Source: Octopus sinensis | Lineage: Eukaryota | Direction: 5' to 3' | Assembly: GCF_006345805.1 (NCBI RefSeq) | Contig: NC_043026.1 | Coordinates: 9,424,001-9,488,000 of the forward strand | DNA: 64,000 bases | Part shown: in pieces, positions 14,591 through 26,306 of the stretch | Position numbering within the stretch: the first letter of the stretch is position 1 | Layout: each line of letters starts with the position of its first letter | Made by a program: the position numbers and the translations under genes | The notes under the pieces: generated by a model | What the model was told of the DNA's origin: nothing | Database searches by the model: none | Seen by the model: only the letters and a program-made list of their open reading frames with translations

Positions 14591-14789
14591 TTTACTTTTT
14601 TGTGGCGAACATCAATTTTATTGCAGCGAACGTTTTACTCTTCTGACTTGTTGGGAACAATGGTTTACTCTTCTCACAACATTTGTCAAATAATACCTGG
14701 GGATAAACACAGACACAAGGACATACACACATATACATATATTCATGTATGTATGTATATATAGTATTGTTTATGATTCGTGCCTCACT

Positions 14790-15266
14790 TAACAGTGGCT
14801 TGTCTTGACGTAGCTGTGTGTTGGTTATGCATTCACTGGTCTATTCTGTGTTCCTGGAATTCCCTTTATATAAAAGAATGTCAATAAGAACCAGGTAAAT
14901 TCAATGCAACTATTATTTATTACAACCCCTTATAAAAATACATGGCAAATGTCTTACAAATGGTGAAGTAACAGGTTTGGCTAGTTTTAACGAACTCTAT
15001 CTGGAACAGTGGGAGTTGTATCACAGTTGAAATTCTGTAGCATCTTCATGGCTCAGTTCTGTGTGTTGGACAGCTTTGGTTGTGATCTCCTCTGGCATGT
15101 TCTCAACAGTTGGTTGCCCTTTATAACACCAACCACTCCGAGTGTAACGGGTGGCTGTACGTGTCACTGGCTGGGGTGTCATTTGCATGACACATGAGAC
15201 CGCAAACAGACCACCACCAGTTGTCAAGCAATACTGAGAGACAAACACAAAGACGTATATAGATAC

Positions 15267-15305
<39 letters not shown>

Positions 15306-15575
15306 GAGTGTTGGTTATGAGTTTTGCTTGCGAGTTAATTGTGGCTGGTTCATCTTGATGTAGCTGTGTTGGTTATGCATTAACTGGTCTAGTCTGTCTG
15401 CCTGGAGTTACCGAATACAAAAGAATGACAAGAAGAACCACGTAAATTCAATGCGATTTATTTATTACAACTCTTTATAAAAATACATGGCAAATGTCTT
15501 ACATATTGTGAAGTAACAGGTTTGGCAAGTTTTAACGAACTCTATCTGGAACAGTGGGAGTTATATCACAGTTAG
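14790..15575. repeat. Two diverged direct copies of a ~240-bp segment (~14790-15040 and ~15345-15572) separated by (TA)n
   Basis: Shared GTTGGTTATGCATT...GTTTTAACGAACTCTATCTGGAACAGTGGGAGTT in both copies. Confidence 0.7.
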
Positions 15576-16148
15576 GAGAAAATGCTGATTGTTCTTATGA
15601 ATTGTCACATTGATAGTCATACATCTATATGAATAGATACACATTTAGTTAACACCAGAAGTACCGAGCGGTCATTTATCACCAATTCTGCTTATTACTT
15701 TTTAATTTCTACAACTCTATTGAATGTGCAATCAGGAGCATCATTTCATATAAATATGTGCATAGATATATATTTTTATGGAGAAAGCCCACAACACTAC
15801 AATTTTAGGAGGAGCTCATGTTTTTAAAAAGCATATCCCACAGGTAAGTTACCTGAGATGTGGTGACATAAACTATACAGTTGGGAGGTTGTTATCACAC
15901 ACTGTTCTACCTCCTCTTTTGTGTGAATACATTTACATTTAGAGAGAGTGTCCCTTTTTTTCCATAGAACTACTCCAATTCTCTGATGTATTGTTTATTG
16001 CCATGGAGAAAGCCCACAGCACCATCACCATTTAGGAGGAGCTCAAAATGCTTGTTCTTATGAATCGTCACATTGGTAGTCATACATCTATATGAATAGA
16101 TACACAGTTAGTTAACACTACAAATACCGAGGGGTCATTTATCACCAA

Positions 16149-16260
16149 GGTAGCAAGCTGGCAGAAACGTTAGCACGCCGGGCGAAATGCGTAGCCACAT
16201 TTCGTTTGTCGTTACGTTCTGAGTTCAAATTTCACCGAGGTCAACTTTGCCTTTCAATCA
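16149..16260 (+). mobile_element. tRNA-derived SINE family S2 fragment
   Basis: GCTGGCAGAAACGTTAGCACGCCGGGCGAAATGC...GAGTTCAAAT; matches 44359 and 54259. Confidence 0.75.
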
Positions 16261-16335
16261 TGTGCATCATTTCATGTGTATGGATAAATATTTTTTATAT
16301 GTTAATAAATGCTAAAAGAATGTATTTTCAAATCC

Positions 16336-16341
16336 TTTATT
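16336..16341 (-). promoter_or_regulatory. Putative polyadenylation signal AATAAA of ZNF-1 (paralogous sites 29390-29395, 37364-37369, 48067-48072)
   Basis: TCCTTTATTC context is conserved downstream of four minus-strand ZNF genes and is followed on the gene strand by a U-rich tract. Confidence 0.55.
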
Positions 16342-16689
16342 CACTGCATTTGCTGATATTCAAAATAAACTGTATTGGACAATGATCTTCAATGGCAGTC
16401 ATAAATGACCGCTATGGTCCTTGTAGGAAGTAAGTAATGTTGATACTTGTAGGGTTAACCCTTGAGAATTTAAAGCGGCCATATCCAACCCAAATATTCT
16501 ACCTATTTTATGATCAAACCAGTCAGATTCAGCCTCTTGCACCTACCCTACAATGTCATTCTGAAAATAAACAATCACGTCATCAAAATTTGAAAGCTGT
16601 GAAATAATGGGAGACAAATTGAAAATAATTTGAATAAAATCAGATTTGACAGAATAATCTGCATGGTAAAGGGTTAAATTATCATTTAC

Positions 16690-17045
<356 letters not shown>

Positions 17046-18461
17046 TCACTTTTTCCCTGTATGAACAAGTGCGTGTGTAGTCAAGTTTCTGGCTGAAGAG
17101 AATGATTTACCACAGACATGACACGGATATGGCTTCTCTCCTGTATGGGAACGTTTGTGAGATTTTAAATCACTTTGGTTAGAGAATGATTTACTACAGA
17201 TGTTACACTGATATGGCTTCTCTCCTGTATGAACACGCTTGTGAGAAATGAAAGTACTTCGGGCAGAGAATGATTTACCACAGATGAGACATTGAAATGG
17301 CTTCTCCCCTGTATGAATACGTTTATGAGTAATTAGGCTATTACTCTGAGAGAATGATATACTACAGATGTTACATTGATATGGCTTCTCTCCTGTATGA
17401 ACACGCTTGTGAGTACTTAGAGTACTCAAGTGACAGAAAGATTTGTTACAGATGTTGCACTGATATGGCTTCTCCCCTGTATGGGAACGTTTGTGAGATT
17501 TTAAATCACTTTGGTTAGAGAATGATTTACTACAGATGTTACACTGATATGGCTTCTCTCCTGTATGAACACGCTTGTGAGAAATGAAAGTACTTCGGGC
17601 AGAGAATGATTTACCACAGATGAGACATTGAAATGGCTTCTCCCCTGTATGAATACGTTTATGAGTAATTAGGCTATTACTCCGAGAGAATGATATACTA
17701 CAGATGTTACATTGATATGGCTTCTCTCCTGTATGAACACGCTTGTGAGTACTTAGAGTACTCAAGTGACAGAAAGATTTGTTACAGATGTTGCACTGAT
17801 ATGGCTTCTCCCCTGTATGGGAACGTTTGTGAGATTTTAAATCACTTTGGTTAGAGAATGATTTACTACAGATGTTACATTGATATGGCTTCTCTCCTGT
17901 ATGAACACGCTTGTGAATACTTAGGCTACACAAGTGACAGAAAGATTTGTTACAGATGTTGCACTGATATGGCTTCTCCCCTGTATGAATACGTTGGTGT
18001 GAAATCAACTCAATTTTTCGAGAGAACGATTTACCACAGATTTCACAGTGAAATGGCTTTTCGCCTGTATGAATACGTTGGTGTAAAGTCAAATTATGTT
18101 TTTGAGAGAATGATTTACCACAGATATCACAAGAATATGGTGTTTCTCCTGTATGGGAATGTTTATGATTAGTAAAAACACCACGCCAAGAGAATGATTT
18201 ACCACAGATGTTACACTGATATGGCTTCTCTCCTGTATGAATACGTTTATGAGAAGTTAAAGCACTACTTTGAGAGAATGATTTACCACAGATTTCACAG
18301 CGAAATGGCTTCTCTTTTGTATGAATACGTTTGTGCACATTCAAGTAACCCTTATGAGAGAATGACTTTTTACAGACATCACAGTCATGTGATAAGTTTC
18401 TCCCTCCTTTTTCTGCATCTTCAGGAAAAACTATCTCCTCTAGTTTTTCACTTTTTTCCAT
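17046..18461 (-). CDS. C2H2 zinc-finger protein ZNF-1, ~471 aa, 16 tandem fingers
   Basis: Open frame of CxxC..HxxxH fingers with TGEKP linkers. The ORF-track start at 18479 is GTG; the first ATG (MEKSEK) is at 18461 and aligns with the paralog starts. Confidence 0.92.
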   Translation of the reverse strand: MEKSEKLEEIVFPEDAEKGGRNLSHDCDVCKKSFSHKGYLNVHKRIHTKEKPFRCEICGKSFSQSSALTSHKRIHTGEKPYQCNICGKSFSWRGVFTNHKHSHTGETPYSCDICGKSFSQKHNLTLHQRIHTGEKPFHCEICGKSFSRKIELISHQRIHTGEKPYQCNICNKSFCHLCSLSIHKRVHTGEKPYQCNICSKSFSNQSDLKSHKRSHTGEKPYQCNICNKSFCHLSTLSTHKRVHTGEKPYQCNICSISFSRSNSLITHKRIHTGEKPFQCLICGKSFSARSTFISHKRVHTGEKPYQCNICSKSFSNQSDLKSHKRSHTGEKPYQCNICNKSFCHLSTLSTHKRVHTGEKPYQCNICSISFSQSNSLITHKRIHTGEKPFQCLICGKSFSARSTFISHKRVHTGEKPYQCNICSKSFSNQSDLKSHKRSHTGEKPYPCHVCGKSFSSARNLTTHALVHTGKK

Positions 18462-18800
18462 TGTTTCTTTGAAATTCACAATGTATATATAATTTTTTTA
18501 TTCTTTTTGCTTCTATAGTCTTTTGTTTACAAATATTTCGACTGCTGTATTTCTGTCCGGTATTACCTTGTCCCTAAACTCTTTAGTAAATTTATCCAAG
18601 TTTAATTTGCAACCAGACTCATCTTGTAGACACTCCAGCCAGTGATGTCAATTCAGAGTAAATATATCAGAGGATTCTGCCATAGATTTATAGAAACAAT
18701 CTTATATATCTGTTCTGTACAATATTTCCATTTTGGTCTTTAAAAGATGATAAATAATGAGAATGTATCTTCAGTTATGCCAATCTCATCTGATATTCTG
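18462..18800 (-). other. Conserved splice acceptor (TTCTTTCAG, exon starts 18797) and leader of the ZNF coding exon
   Basis: The same acceptor followed by AATATCAGAT occurs in all five genes (exon starts 18797, 32804, 40242, 50545, 61874); the ZNF-5 copy has stops in all three frames. Confidence 0.65.
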
Positions 18801-19459
18801 AAAGAATAAAGAAACAACAGTGTAAGATAGAGAGGCTACTTAGAAAATACAGATTCAACATTTCCCTAGAAAACACACAGAACTTTAAATTTATTAAAAT
18901 TTACATCAGAAAATCCAGAGTGAAGCTGACATATTTCTCAACTCCAGTTACACATTCACACACACACACATATAGTCAATAAAACATAGATCACAAAAGC
19001 ACACTCTAAGGAATGGAGCAGTAATTATTAAAAGAAAAATTTTAATTCTGGTCCCAGAATTACCAAAGGCTTCATCTACATCAAAGCACCAGCTTCGTGG
19101 ACAGCTTGTCAGACTATACAAAACACGGATATGAGGAAACGGTCCAATTGGATCTTTTCGTCTGTTGGCTAGGTTTATCCGGGTCTTTCAGGGATTTTGG
19201 TTTCATCCTATGGTCCATTACCGTGTTTATACGTTTGGCCTCAAATGTTGATATCTGACACACTGCGGCTACCTATTGCTTTGATTCTTCTGGCTCCCCT
19301 AACCAGGCCCTTTTTACCCTGGTTAGAGCATCTGCCTTGTTTGTCTCTGAAGGCGCAAAGACCACATTCAGCTTCAGGCCGAACTCGCCAGCCAGCTCCC
19401 CTAGAATCCCTAGGCGGCACTAAGGCTGTATTTGGTCCTTCAGTTATTTCTTCTACCTG

Positions 19460-19552
19460 AAATGACATGCATAAGATCTGGTCATCAAATCTAAGTAGAG
19501 ACTTCAAACTTGAAATCTTCAAAGCCACAGTCGAACCAATTCTACTATATGG
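19460..19552 (+). mobile_element. Non-LTR retrotransposon (RTE-like) ORF fragment
   Basis: Translates NDMHKIWSSNLSRDFKLEIFKATVEPILLYG, resembling the K..F...VE.ILLYG motif just downstream of the RT domain in RTE/CR1-type LINEs. Confidence 0.55.
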
Positions 19553-20411
19553 AGAGATGTATTAATTGGCTTCTTACCACGTGGACATGAAGAAATCTTC
19601 ATGTCCACGTGGTAAGAAGTTTAAACTTTTTTTTTGTCTTTGTATAAGTCTGATGACAAAAGGGGATTGTACCTGCAACTGGAAGGACCAGCCTTATCCC
19701 AGGGTATCACAATAACTCAGAGCTTCGTTATGGGTGTCTTTAGAGTGCTCAGCCACTTGCACATTAATTTCAAGAGCAGGCGTTCAGTTGATCGGGGTTC
19801 ATACCACCTGACAGGAAAAGGGGACCACCACAACTGCAGGGCTGCTGTTATAACTCCTTTCAGTTCCTGCCTAGGTCTTTGCCATGATGACCCTGGACAG
19901 GGCATGAAATCATCTGCTTGCTTCCCAGCAGTTAGGGTTCAAGCCAAAGGGGTCAACTACTGACAGGGTCCTGGATCTTTGTGCACTCACTGAATGCAAG
20001 TGGAGCTTCCAAACTCAGAGGTGGGGTGGAACTAGATCTGTAGTCGGGGGGTGGGGATCAATGAGGGCGATTTCACGATTGATTACAAAAAGTTTATCAG
20101 CTAAGCAAATGGCCTTCCCTGAATGCATTGAAAACATTATAACAGAATCACTATTTCAGGAAATCATCATTGTTCTCTTTGAGTGTGTAGAAAGAGAAAT
20201 TTGGCAGAGGCAAGAAAAGGTGAAATTGTCTCTTCAAATTATCCAGAATTACATTTGAAAACAAAGACTCAAACATCAATATCTATCCTTCGACATCTTA
20301 AAGATCAGAAATGCAAAGAGCTATTCAAGTATCGAATTCAAATGAAAGAGAATCAGAGAAAAATTGCAAATGATGTGAAATTAATGAATATCGAATAAAT
20401 AGAAAAACTCA

Positions 20412-20670
20412 CTGCTTCCACAAATTCAAAAATACATCAAACCTGGTTCGGTTACCTACAGAGATTCCTGGGTGTCTTACAAAAGATATACAAACATTGG
20501 GTTATCAACATTACAGGATAAACCACAAAGAAAATTTTGTTGACACCAAATATGCACACGCAAAACATCGAACGCTTTTGGCAGGATTTAAAAGAATGGG
20601 TGAAAAGGCCAGGTATTCGTTCAAACTATCTACACCAGTACCTGGCCAGGTAATCATTTATCTCTGCTAC
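20412..20670 (+). mobile_element. Merlin-superfamily (IS1595/ISXO2-like DDE) transposase relic
   Basis: With two frameshifts it reads LLPQIQKYIKPGSVTYRDSWVSYK / DIQTLGYQHYRINHKENFVDTKYAH / QNIERFWQDLKEWVKRPGIRSNYLHQYLAR, matching the I.PGS.I.SD.W..Y..L...GY.H..VNH...FVD...HTQ.IE..W pattern. Confidence 0.8.
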
Positions 20671-20761
20671 AGGAAAGAAAAACAACTAAGATGATAACAT
20701 ACAAAAAAAGTTGAAAAAAAATTCTGGTGAAATCGAGGAAGCACCCCACCCCATCTTAAGA

Positions 20762-20907
20762 GTGGTCCCGGTGCACGCACTCGCGCTAGCTAGTCGTGAC
20801 TAGTCAATCCTACAACGACTACCTAGCAAAGTAAATAAAATACCAAAACACAAAGTAAGGATCGACTAGTCGTGATTAGCTAGAGCGAGTGCGCGCACCG
20901 GGACCAC
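20762..20907. mobile_element. Short fold-back MITE family A (inner ~52-bp inverted arms)
   Basis: GTGGTCCCGGTGCACGCACTCGCGCTAGCTAGTCG and its reverse complement flank a ~40-bp loop; the same arms occur at 53126-53799. Confidence 0.75.
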
Positions 20908-21730
20908 CCATCCCTGCGTTTTCCATAGTAAAAAATGCACTTGCGATATATAAGGAGGTTGAGGGCGATCTTTCGTTCTGAGTTGAGACTTATAAAGAAA
21001 CTTGTTCGCTGGTTTCCATGACGAGGGGTCGCCTTGTCAAGTGCGTGTTTCTTGTTCTGTTTGACGAGAGGTTGACCTTAAATAATCGGTTTTGGAAGTT
21101 GAGGAGAAATTTGTTGAATATAAAACGGTGACTGGCCACCTCACTCTTACGGACTCAATTTCAGGAATAACAACTATGATGGCCATAAATATTCATTCAT
21201 AAATAGAAAATGACGAGGCAATGCTTAAAATAGAACAATATGAAACAATTTGGAAGAAAATGAGAAATTACTCATTTTGCCCCGCTTACTAATTTCGCCC
21301 CCTTCTTTTAATCAAGCAACAAATATTTGGTGAATTATAATAAAGCATTGGTTTCTCAACATTTATGTGGTCGGAGTTTATTTGGGAATATTTCCCCATC
21401 TAAACACACAACAAAAAACGTGGAAACAATGGAAAGTGTAGAAATAAATGAGAAATTACTCATTTTGCCCCGCTTACTAATTTCGTCCCTCTACCTTTTA
21501 TCAAGCAACAAATATTTGGTGAAATATAATAAAGCATTGGTTTCTCAGCATTTCTGTGGTTGGAGTTTATTTTAAGAACATTTCTCCAACTAAAACACAC
21601 AACAAACAAACTTAAAGAAGAAACGATGGGGCGTGTAGGAGGTTGCCGCCATAGCTAGAAATAGCAGCCAAATGTGGAACAAAATCTGATTCACAAAGTA
21701 TTAAAAGATTAAATGCTTTCATTGTTTAAT

Positions 21731-21900
21731 ACTTACGGAAATGTCTTTACAAAGGATGGTGTTGTTGTTGTTGCTATGTCAGGTGGTAAAGAAATCTATT
21801 ATAAATGCGTTTCGGAGTGAATTAATGGAAATTCTGGAATCAGACACTTTTGTAAAGACGTAATAAATGGAGGCGGAAGAACGTTTAGTGCGCATGCGTA
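21731..21900 (-). promoter_or_regulatory. ZNF-1 putative promoter, non-coding exon 1 and donor
   Basis: TGCGCATGCGTA (21889-21900, NRF1/ewg-like), GGCGGAAG (ETS-like) and GTAAGT donor at 21736-21731; all conserved in the paralogs. Confidence 0.6.
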
Positions 21901-21947
21901 TAATATATTGATTTCACATTTTGGCACAAGGCCAGCATGGGGGGGGG

Positions 21948-22189
21948 GGTCTTTCGGAAAATTCACAAGATGCAATTTTTCCGTCATAATTTTCGGGACA
22001 AATTGATATATATTTATTATTCTTTTTACGGAATCCCAAGTTTTTGGTTACGGAGGATCCGATTCAGAAAAAAAAAAAAAAAAAAGAATTCAAAAATCGC
22101 CTTTTCAAGATTTCGATCCCCCCCACCTCGTAATTTTTCAGCGGGATGGGGCGAAGTTTGGGTCGGAATTTCTCATTAAAAAAAACTTG
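21948..22189 (+). mobile_element. Repeat family F (GG-terminated); an inverted partner lies at ~25200-25447
   Basis: GGTCTTTCGGAAAATTCACAAGAT...GGATCCGATTCAG is the reverse complement of 25320-25447; no shared TSD found. Confidence 0.5.
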
Positions 22190-22890
22190 GGCGATGTTTC
22201 GCTTGTCGTAGCACACGTTTCCGTCGATTTCCGTAAAAAATGTAAACACTGAATCGGCCATACATACATACATACATACACACATACATACACACACACA
22301 TACATACACACACACACATACATAGATACATACACACACACACATACATGCAGACATACATATACACAGAGTAAAAAATTACACTGAATCGGCCATACAT
22401 ACATACATACATACATACATACACACATACATACACACACACACATACATAGATACATACACACACACACACATACATGCAGACATACATATACACATAC
22501 ACCGAGTAAAAAATTACACTGAATCGGCCATACATACATACATACATACACACATACATACATACACACACACACATACATAGATACATACACACACACA
22601 CATACATGCATATACACATACACCGAGTAAAAAATTTCAGTTATCTCTCTCTTTCACACATTACTCTCTCTGTCTCTTCACACACACTAACAGAAGCACT
22701 TCACTTACACAACATACTGCCTGTCTCCCACACCCGATCAAACACACACACGGGGACTTCAAAGAGAAATTTCCTCGTCATAAAATCGCTTCCTCTTAGT
22801 CTCTTTCGCTCTCATTACTTATATATAAAAAAATAAAAGTTTTTTACAGAAATCGACGGAAACTTGTGCTACGACAAGCGAAACATCGCC
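22190..22890. mobile_element. MITE family B with 8-bp TSD
   Basis: TIR GGCGATGTTTCGCTTGTCGTAGCAC at both ends; flanks AAAACTTG / AAAATTTG; internal triplicated ~130-bp CA-rich unit. Confidence 0.85.
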
Positions 22891-23159
22891 AAAATTTGAA
22901 ATTGAAATTTGAATTTGTGTTTATTTTTTCCGTATTCTTAATCTTCGTATTTTCCCCACGTAGATTGAAACAAAAAATCGAAAAAACCCCATATTTCTGC
23001 GGGAAATTACTCTGAGAGAAATCCTTGCAGAAAGGTGAGTAGATTGATAATAACATTTCTTTTGTTATCTTATTTGTCAGATTTGGCTGTTATTTCTAGC
23101 ATGTGGGTGGGTTGCTTGAAGGCCAAGGCCGTAAATTGGGAGGGGAGGGTATATATATA

Positions 23160-23229
<70 letters not shown>

Positions 23230-23235
23230 TTTTAT

Positions 23236-23400
23236 TTGTTTTAGTCATGCTGGAGCACCGCTTTTAGTCAAGCAAATCGACCCCTGGACTTCTTTGTGAG
23301 TCTAGTACTTGTTCTATCGGCCTCTTTAGCTAATCCGCTAAGTTATGGGGACGTAAACATGCCAGCATCGGCAGGGGAGGGGGACAAACACAGAAACACA
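23236..23400 (-). mobile_element. SINE S1 3' half
   Basis: Reverse complement of the S1 tail (GGGGTCGATTTGCTTGACTAAAAGCGGTGCTCCAGCATG). Confidence 0.7.
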
Positions 23401-23409
23401 CACACATAC

Positions 23410-24250
23410 ATAGAATTGCCCGGCGTTGCTCGGGGCTGAATTGCTTGAAAGTACTGTTAATGATTGCACTGAATTATGATGATTATTCAGGCAAATATTG
23501 ATATAAGTTTACGGTGGGAGATAAGGACTTAACGATCAAACGTGTGCCATTGCATTGTTTTGGGGAACCAAATTTCTGATGAGCATTATAGGGGCACCAA
23601 CTTTAAGTTTGAGAAAGTGTGGTGGTAGTCCGGGGTGCTCAAAGGAATTGAGTACCTCTATTGGATAGTTGATGACGTCCTCTGGGTCAGGAGTTGTATC
23701 GATAGACTGATACACATAGACTTCCCCAGGAATGAGTTTTAGCATTTCATCATTAATATGGTGAACAGTTTTATTCCTCGGGGCCAGTATAGCTTTTTTG
23801 CCAATCCAATCCATATTCTGATAATTAGCTTGTAGATCTGGGAACACTGCATCTCTGAGATCAGAAGGCGTCTTAACAATGGTACAAATGGAATCGATGG
23901 CAATATTACCATTTTCATCCCCTGGTATTTTGCCTTCGCCAAGTGCAAGGAGGGTGTGAGGAAATGCTGCTGATGTGATATTACGTCGCATATGAGCACG
24001 CATATTGGTGTGAAGTTTGAGAGTTACTTCCCTTTATTTAAAAAAATATGCATTAAAATGGAAAGAAATGATGGTAAATTATTTGTAAAATCATAGACTC
24101 ATCATAGACGCGCACTAATACCCAGAAGGGCTCGATATGAATCACGACTATAAGATACCCGGTTTTGGTTAACTGCATTGCAAAATGTGGGAGTAGTTAG
24201 GAATCTAAATCGGAGTAGACAGACACACAACCTTTCTTTTATATATAAAT
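23410..24250 (-). mobile_element. Helitron internal-deletion derivative carrying a PIF1-type helicase fragment (23536-24003)
   Basis: Peptide KAILAPRNKTV...INYPIEVLNSFEHPGLPPHFLKLKVGAPIMLIRNL is typical of Helitron RepHel helicase; 3' hairpin CCCGAGCAACGCCGGG followed by a CTA-like end at ~23410. Confidence 0.85.
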
Positions 24251-24251
24251 A

Positions 24252-24555
24252 TTTTCGTCCTAAAAAACTTTGTATGGATTGAATGGTTACCTCTATGGAA
24301 ATATATACACGCACATTATACATACATGTGTGTATAGATGAATATATAAATACATTTAAATATCTATATACACTTTTGGGCGATCTTTCTTTTTCTTAGA
24401 GATAACTTTAGATCTTATTTTCGTCCTAAAAAACTGTATGGAGTGAATGGTTACCTCTATGGAATATATACACGCACATTATACATACATGTGTGTATGG
24501 ATGAATATATAAATACATTTAAATATCTATATACACTTTTGGGCGATCTTTCTGC
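24252..24555. repeat. Direct duplication, period 167 bp
   Basis: TCGTCCTAAAAAAC...CACTTTTGGGCGATCTTTCT occurs at 24254 and 24421. Confidence 0.8.
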
Positions 24556-25028
24556 TACTTGGATATAGGTCTTATATTCGTTGTAAAAAACTTTCCTGTC
24601 ACACACTCACGCACACGCACACACACACACACACACGTTAGCTTACAATTTTATTTATATATTTGCGTGTCTATGTGTGTAAAGTGGAAGTGGGAACGTA
24701 GAGTGAAATAGTCACTCACTACAGAAAGTGAATTAGTTTCACTTTATTCGTTGCACACTGTGTGTGTGCGTTTGCGTGTGCTGTAACCCACACTAAGAGA
24801 AGCATTTGACTCATACACCACAATGTGAGTTTTCTCTAAATTTTGCTTAATTGGGTTTGAAATTTTAAAAAGTGGACCTGTCACGACCCAATGCATTCTA
24901 CTCTTAAAAATGCTAGGTAAATTGTAATTGAAGAAATCCTATATTGTAGATTTCTATAAGATACAAAGGGAGGCAGATAAAATCTGCCTTTTATAATAAG
25001 AGATATATATATACACACACACACACAT

Positions 25029-25069
<41 letters not shown>

Positions 25070-25083
25070 TATATATATATATG

Positions 25084-25195
25084 AGTTTGTTTCAGTTTCC
25101 GTCTACCAAACGCAATTGTCGGCCCAATGTGCCACGCAGTGGGACGGAACTCAGAACCATGTGGTTGGTAAGCAAGCTATTTACCACAGCCAATT
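25084..25195 (-). mobile_element. SINE S1 head, internally deleted
   Basis: Reverse complement of GGCTGTGGTAAATAGCTTGCTTACCAACCACATGGTTCTGAGTTCCG. Confidence 0.7.
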
Positions 25196-25776
25196 TTACA
25201 GACAATTTTTTTTTCAGAATAGTAATCTTTGTATTTTTCTACGTAATTCGCAAAAATAAAAAAAATTTCCGGAAAAAAAACAAGGGTGGAGAGGGGGATT
25301 GAAATTTTGATAAACAATCTTTTTTTTTCAGAATCGGATCCTCCATAACCAAAAACTTGGGATTCTGTAAAAAAAATAATAAATATATATCCATTTTCCT
25401 GAAAGTTACGACGGAAAAATTGGATCTTGTGAATTTTCCGAAAGTCCTTTCCCCACTCACCACCAAGGTTCCTTTACGCAATTTTTTTTGTCATATTCGT
25501 TCTCTACACAGTTGATAATATCCAGTATAAAATCAAATTTTTCTTCAGCTTCCAACATATTAACTGAACAAGTCTAAACATAACCTACCCTTTCTGATAG
25601 AATTTATTTATTAAAAACATAATTTTAGCATAGAGTCTATATATGATTTATAAGTTGTGATAATACACCCAAGACTGTATGTCTGAGTGTATATCATATG
25701 TATATATATATATATATCTGTTTATGTGTATGTACATGTATTTATGACTATATATATATATGTATATATAGCATAC

Positions 25777-26150
25777 GAGTGGCTGTGTGGTAAGTAGCTT
25801 GCTTACAAACCACAGGGTTCTGGGTTCAGTCTCACTGCGTGGCACCTTGGGCAAGTGTCTTCTACTATAGCCTCGGGCCGACCAAAGCCTTGTGAGTGGA
25901 TTTGGTAGATGGAAAATGAAAGAAGCCCGTCGTATATATGTATATGTATGTATGTGTGTGTGTATATGTTTGTATGTCTGTGTTTGTCCCTCCAACATCG
26001 CTTGACAACTGATGCTGGTGTGTTTTCTTCCCCATAAACCGAGCGGTTCGGCAAAAGAGAACGACAGAATAAGTCCTGGGGTCGATTTGCTTGACTAAAG
26101 GTGGTGCTCCAGCATGGCCACAGTCAAATGACTGAAACAAGTAAAAAAAG
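25777..26150 (+). mobile_element. SINE S1, near full length
   Basis: Head, microsatellite and tail match the other S1 copies. Confidence 0.85.
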
Positions 26151-26306
26151 AGTATATATATATATAGGTATATTCAAACAAATACTTCTGAGTAACTATA
26201 TATGGATTTACGTATCCCAACATGTAAACACATTAATTTCAATATGTATGTCCAAATTTATTTTTTATGTATATTTTCTTTATTTAATTTCTACCATGTG
26301 GTATCA

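Larger units (their letters stand above)
15575..16560. repeat. Conserved 3'-flank module of the ZNF paralogs (also ~28670-29850, ~36900-37600, ~47600-48300)
   Basis: Recurring CCATGGAGAAAGCCC...TTAGGAGGAGCTC and ATGAATTGTCACATTGATAGTCATACATCTATATGAATAGATACAC blocks downstream of ZNF-1 to ZNF-4. Confidence 0.8.

Noticed and set aside
17858-18472. Antisense or alternative-frame ORFs over the ZNF genes (also 31923, 38007, 39026, 48792, 49680, 62460, 62499)
   Set aside because: By-products of the 84-bp finger periodicity; Y/C/M-rich products with no recognisable domain.
22064-22623. MCVCV/YVCM-rich ORFs (also 23035, 24881, 51602, 58215, 58432)
   Set aside because: Translations of (CA)n, (TA)n and (CATA)n microsatellites.
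21948-25447. One 3.5-kb composite transposon bounded by the family F inverted repeats
   Set aside because: Flanks (GGGGGGGG versus TTTCCCCA) show no TSD; two independent copies explain it equally well.
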